The notes beneath the pieces were generated by a model. It ran no database searches. It worked only from the letters and a program-made list of their open reading frames with translations, and was not told where the DNA came from. A DNA stretch of 64,000 bases from Eledone cirrhosa (Eukaryota), in contig OZ024740.1 of NCBI GenBank assembly GCA_964016885.1, positions 232,810,001-232,874,000 on the forward strand. Reading direction: 5' to 3'. Of this stretch, positions 58,700-64,000 are shown piece after piece (the stretch's first letter is position 1; every line of letters starts with the position of its first letter). The translations under genes were made by a program, and so were the position numbers.

Positions 58700-58740
58700 A
58701 AAATATTAATAAATGGAGACATTCACGTAATCAAAATATG

Positions 58741-58802
58741 TTTTATTATATATATTTCGGAAGTACTGTGGTGTTTTTTCAGTATGTCCTCATCAGATAA
58801 AA
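58741..58802 (-). ncRNA. Type I hammerhead ribozyme
   Basis: Reverse strand: UUUUAU-CUGAUGA-GGA C AUACUG..CAGUAC U UCC-GAAA UAUAUA UA/AUAAAA. Confidence 0.8.
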
Positions 58803-58970
58803 TACATAAATTGATGTATAACATACCTCAACTGTGCTGATGGTTCAATTCCAGTCTTGGCAGTCTTGGTATAATATCAATGATATTAATGAATGTCTCC
58901 ATTTATTAATATTTTGAATAATATTAATAACTCCAGAAAACTTCATTGTTGAGTGCTTTTAATCTATCTA

Positions 58971-59012
<42 letters not shown>

Positions 59013-59338
59013 CAAAAGGGATATTTAATTTGTTGGCAATTCAACAAATATATATGTTTATAACTGAATCGAAGCACTCGACAAGTTTTCTGGCGTATAA
59101 TATCAATGATATTAATAAATGGAAAGTATATTATAAATATTGACATATCAACGAGTGGATGAATATGAAAATAAGGTTGAGGAGCCCTATACCTCAACCT
59201 CATTTGCATATTCATCTTAATAATTTGAAATATTTGACTTTTCTTCTCTTTCCCCTCTTTCTTTTTACTATCCAGGAAAAACTTGAACCGTTAAGATCTC
59301 CTTCCTGGATATGTCAATATTTATAAAACAAACTTTGT

Positions 59339-59383
59339 ATTTTATCTGATGAGAGCGTACCCTTGAAATATATATAATAGAAT
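59339..59383 (+). ncRNA. Minimal type I hammerhead ribozyme
   Basis: AUUUUAU-CUGAUGA-GAG CGUACC CUU-GAAA UAUAUA UA/AUAGAAU; 7-bp stem I, palindromic stem III. Confidence 0.75.
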
Positions 59384-59455
59384 AAATATGTTTTTTTTTT
59401 AATATAGTTTCCATTTATTAATATCATTGATAAATATGCTGGGTCCGTCAACCCT

Positions 59456-59502
<47 letters not shown>

Positions 59503-59507
<5 letters not shown>

Positions 59508-59672
59508 TAAGACTGGAAAGAAATAGACAACGGACATATGTAAAATGTACATGTTAACACTGGAAATTGAAATATTTGACCTAAGATATATTTGACTCAA
59601 ATATTTCAATTTCCAGTTTTAACATGTACATTTTACATATGTCCGTTGTTTATTTCTTTTCAGCTTTAATTT
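59503..59672. repeat. ~75-bp-arm hairpin next to (TA)n
   Basis: acaacggacatatgtaaaatgtacatgttaa / ttaacatgtacattttacatatgtccgttgt. Confidence 0.85.
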
Positions 59673-60096
59673 TTTTATGTATTTATCTCTATTTTTGTCA
59701 AAAGGTAGCAGTGAACTTTTGCTGGTCATTCTTTGTTTTCTTATCGTCTCACATCCATGTCACAAACAGACCTGGCTCCGTTCTATTGAACAAATTGCCA
59801 TCACATGTGCAGTATAATATTAATGCACGAAATTGCACTGAGAGCTAGGTGGTTCACGATGGAACGATTGTCAGGTATCAGTGGCTTCTCGTCAGCCGAT
59901 AAATATCCCTATGTTTCGGCCAATACAGGAGCTTTGATAGAGTTCCTATTCATGTCAATATATTCCACTAACTTCCAAGACTGTCCGAAATTAAATGTAT
60001 GTAAAGTGGCTGGCGAGGTATTGATGCATCTGCCCGTTCACATTCTGCTAATAATATATGTGTATGCAAGTATATAAATATATATATATCTGTGTG

Positions 60097-60139
<43 letters not shown>

Positions 60140-60524
60140 GTGCGTGCGTGCGTGTGTGTTATGCGTTATATATGGTATACAGTTGCACAGAGGCATACAT
60201 GAACCATTTGACTATAGTTGCTTTGCTGTTGAAATTCACATGACAAATGAAATAACCTTTATAAAATCAACATTGCAATCCCCCCCAGGAGCTGTGTTAT
60301 TTGCAGTGAAATAGGATCGATAATGTAGGGTATATTTTACAATGAATGACCTTTTAAATTATGACACTCTTTTCAATAAAATTGTTTGTTTTTCTTTTTG
60401 TAAGATGATCGTTTTTGATCGGGAAGCATAGCTGTTGTTTCGTGCATGTAAGAGAGACCATATTGATACTCCTTTTATTGACTTATGATTGATAAAGTTA
60501 ACTGACTTCGTTAAATATCTTTAA

Positions 60525-60715
60525 GGGCAGTGGATTGACAGTATCGGTAGAGGGTCGGACGCCATGCTTTGCAGCAGAGCGTTACGGCCCTTTATAGTCT
60601 GAGTTCAAATCCCGCCGAGGTTAACTTTCCCTTTCATCCTTACGGGGTCGATAAAATAAAGTACCAGTAATGCACTGGAATAATTGCTGGCCTTGTGCCA
60701 AAATTAGTAACAATT
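60525..60715 (+). mobile_element. SINE copy
   Basis: TSD ttaaatatctttaa; a diverged - strand copy follows at ~60790-60985. Confidence 0.9.
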
Positions 60716-61046
60716 AAATATCTTTAACCACGATGGTGATGGTGGTGATGATGGGGGGGGGGAGCATGGTGATGGTCGTGGTGATATTGATTTTGGAAAA
60801 AACCCAGCTATTTGTAAGGACTGGGCAAATCGATGAAATCAACTCCAGTACGGGACCGGTGCTTTATTTCATTGACAACGGAAGGTTGAGAGGATAAGTT
60901 GACCTTTATTGGATTTGAAGTAAGAACTTAAAGAGCCCGAACAAATATCACGAAGCCTTTTCTCCAATGCTCTAATGATTCTAGCAAATTTATAATATAA
61001 TAAAACTAGGAAACGATAAAATTTCGAATACATTTTCTTAATTTGA

Positions 61047-61355
<309 letters not shown>

Positions 61356-61741
61356 TGATTCTTTATTTATTTGCATGATGCACATTTTTGTTCGTAGGCA
61401 AATATTTAGTAGAATGACGAATGCTTCTATTTAAATATTAACCAGTTATTTTACTTTCGTGGTGATTCATTCATTACTTTTCTCTGGATGGCACTTCCAC
61501 TTAAATTCAATTTTTGCCTAATCAAACTAAACAATAACGGTTATAAGTGGTGCCCATCCATATGAAAATGCAACTGTTATAATCGTTTACTGCTAAAACC
61601 AGACAGTTTAAGTGATTACATTGTTCCTGCTAAAAAAACAAAATTTAGGGTGCTCATGCGTTTTGATAACAATTTAACTAACAACCGCTAGGTTGCGGAA
61701 TCAATGCTAATAGTTATTTCATTTGTTATCAATAATCTCAA

Positions 61742-63072
61742 GGGCGGTGGATTGGCAGTATCGGTAGAGAGTCGGACACCATGCTTTCCAGCATAGTTAC
61801 GTCCCTTTACGATCTGAGTTCAAATCCCGCCGAGGTTGACTTTGCCTTTCATCCTTACGGGGTCGATAAAATAAAGTACCAGTAATGCACTGGGTAATTG
61901 CTGGCCTTGTGCCTAAAGTAGAAACAGTTATTAATAATCTCATAGTTGTCAAATATTTCAATAGAAAAAAATGGAGATGGTATGATGCATGTGATCTTCA
62001 TACATTTCTCGGTAATATTGGTAGCATAATTGAAGTAGAATATTTTCAAATTTAAATTCTTGTTCTTTGGCATATATTAAAAAGAATTGATAGGTCTTAA
62101 AACAATTAGTTGTGTTCTTTAACTGGTGAATTCAGTCTAATTTTGATTTTGATTTTCATCGTTTCCAAGAACAAGAAAATATATAACCATGAACAACTTG
62201 ATCAATTATATTGTCTAAATCCTTAGTCTTAAGTTTGAGGCATTGATTCTGTTGTAAATCCTTTTTCTTAAATATGAGGTATTAAAACTGATATAAATCA
62301 TTATTAATTACAAGAAAAAGGTTCATATTGAGGGTGGCACCAGGGTTTGGTATATTTAGTTATGCCTTGTTTCAATTCCTATGTCGTACGAGTCGAACAT
62401 TAGAGTTGATTAAATGTACTCACTTCACTCTTCTGTGTATCATTATTACGCGGTGGATTGGCAGTATCGGTAGAGGGTCAGACGCCATGCTTTCCAGCAT
62501 AGTTACGTCCCTTAACGATCTGAGTTCAAATCCCGCCGAGGTTGACTTTGCCTTTCATCCTTACGGGGTCGATAAAATAAAGTACCAGTAATGCACTGGC
62601 TAATTGCTGGCCTTGTGCCTAAAGTAGAAACAATTATTACTAATCTGTATCAAGGAGGTGGTTTGACGGTATCGGCAGAGCGTCGAACAACATGATTCGT
62701 GGCATAGAATTACGTCTTTTGTTGCGTTCTGAGTTCAAATCCCACCGATGTTAACTGTGCCTTTCATCCTTACGCGGTCGATAAAATAAAGCACCAGTAA
62801 CGTACTGGGGTCGATTTAATAGACTTTCCCCTCCCCCCACCCAAAGTACTGGCCTTGTGCCTATACTAGAAATCATTATTACTAATCTTGGATTGGCAGT
62901 ATCGGTAGAGGGTCGGACGCCATGCTTTCCAGCATAGTTACGTCCCTTTATGATCTGAGTTCAAATCCCGCCGAGGTTGACTTTGCCTTTCATCCTTACG
63001 GGGTCGATAAAATAAAGTACCAGTAATGCACTGGATAATTGCTGGCCTTGTGCCTAAAGTAGAAACAATTAT
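61742..63072 (+). mobile_element. Four SINE copies (61742-61929, 62451-62637, 62655-62878, 62890-63072)
   Basis: Near-consensus copies in the intron after the zinc-finger exon. Confidence 0.9.
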
Positions 63073-63253
63073 TATTAATCTATATCTAGTTATATTCAAT
63101 TTTCAGAGGTCTATAAGATAGTTAAATAATTGTTAAATAATTGTTTGGACTCAGTTTACTCGATTTCACATCTAACCCATACACGTGTCTATTAAACCTT
63201 GTTGTGTTATCAATAATACCATTATCAAATGAAAGTAGGAAGTTGTGGACTAA

Positions 63254-63703
<450 letters not shown>

Positions 63704-63911
63704 TAAAAAAAAATTGTTTACTATAATATATATTAAATTCACACGCTATCAGTTCACGGTGCGATCGGGCTCCACGCTGGAATCGATAGCCCTTCAGGCT
63801 TGTAATTTTTAAATGACTGATCGTACCTTGAGCTGACCGATTCCGAAGCGCACGTCACGTGGAAATAAAATATGTACATGATGTTGAATTCATACTTCCT
63901 TCACACTTGCT

Positions 63912-63949
<38 letters not shown>

Positions 63950-64000
63950 TCATCATCATCGTTTAATGTTCATCTTCTCACGCTTGCATGGGTTTATATA

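Larger units (their letters stand above)
58696..59460. mobile_element. Two adjacent hammerhead-bearing inverted-end elements separated by (TA)n
   Basis: IRs 58696-58727/58890-58921 and 59101-59132/59401-59432; shared ccatttattaatat motif. Confidence 0.7.

Overview
AT-rich, microsatellite-saturated animal genomic DNA. The repeat content suggests an octopod cephalopod (inference). One host gene is present: the 5' part of a GATA4/5/6-class transcription factor on the + strand. Its large first coding exon (15401-16262) is spliced in phase 1 across a ~44.8 kb intron to the first zinc-finger exon (61072-61241), and the gene continues beyond the window. The rest is (TA)n/(CA)n arrays, ~25 copies of a young tRNA-derived SINE, decayed LINEs (RTE, R4/Dong, CR1-like, Tx1-like), two Helitrons and nested MITEs. 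The most striking signal is a set of short, non-coding fold-back or tandem elements from at least 6 sequence families that mostly sit in or against (TA)n/(CA)n tracts. Many carry type I hammerhead ribozyme folds, consistent with Penelope-like or retrozyme-like termini. Several ribozymes lie in sense orientation within the GATA intron, and one family has a recurrent non-canonical core (CAGAAGA, U4A). Almost all ORF-track entries are microsatellite artefacts. All coordinates and folds were read by eye; no searches or folding programs were run.
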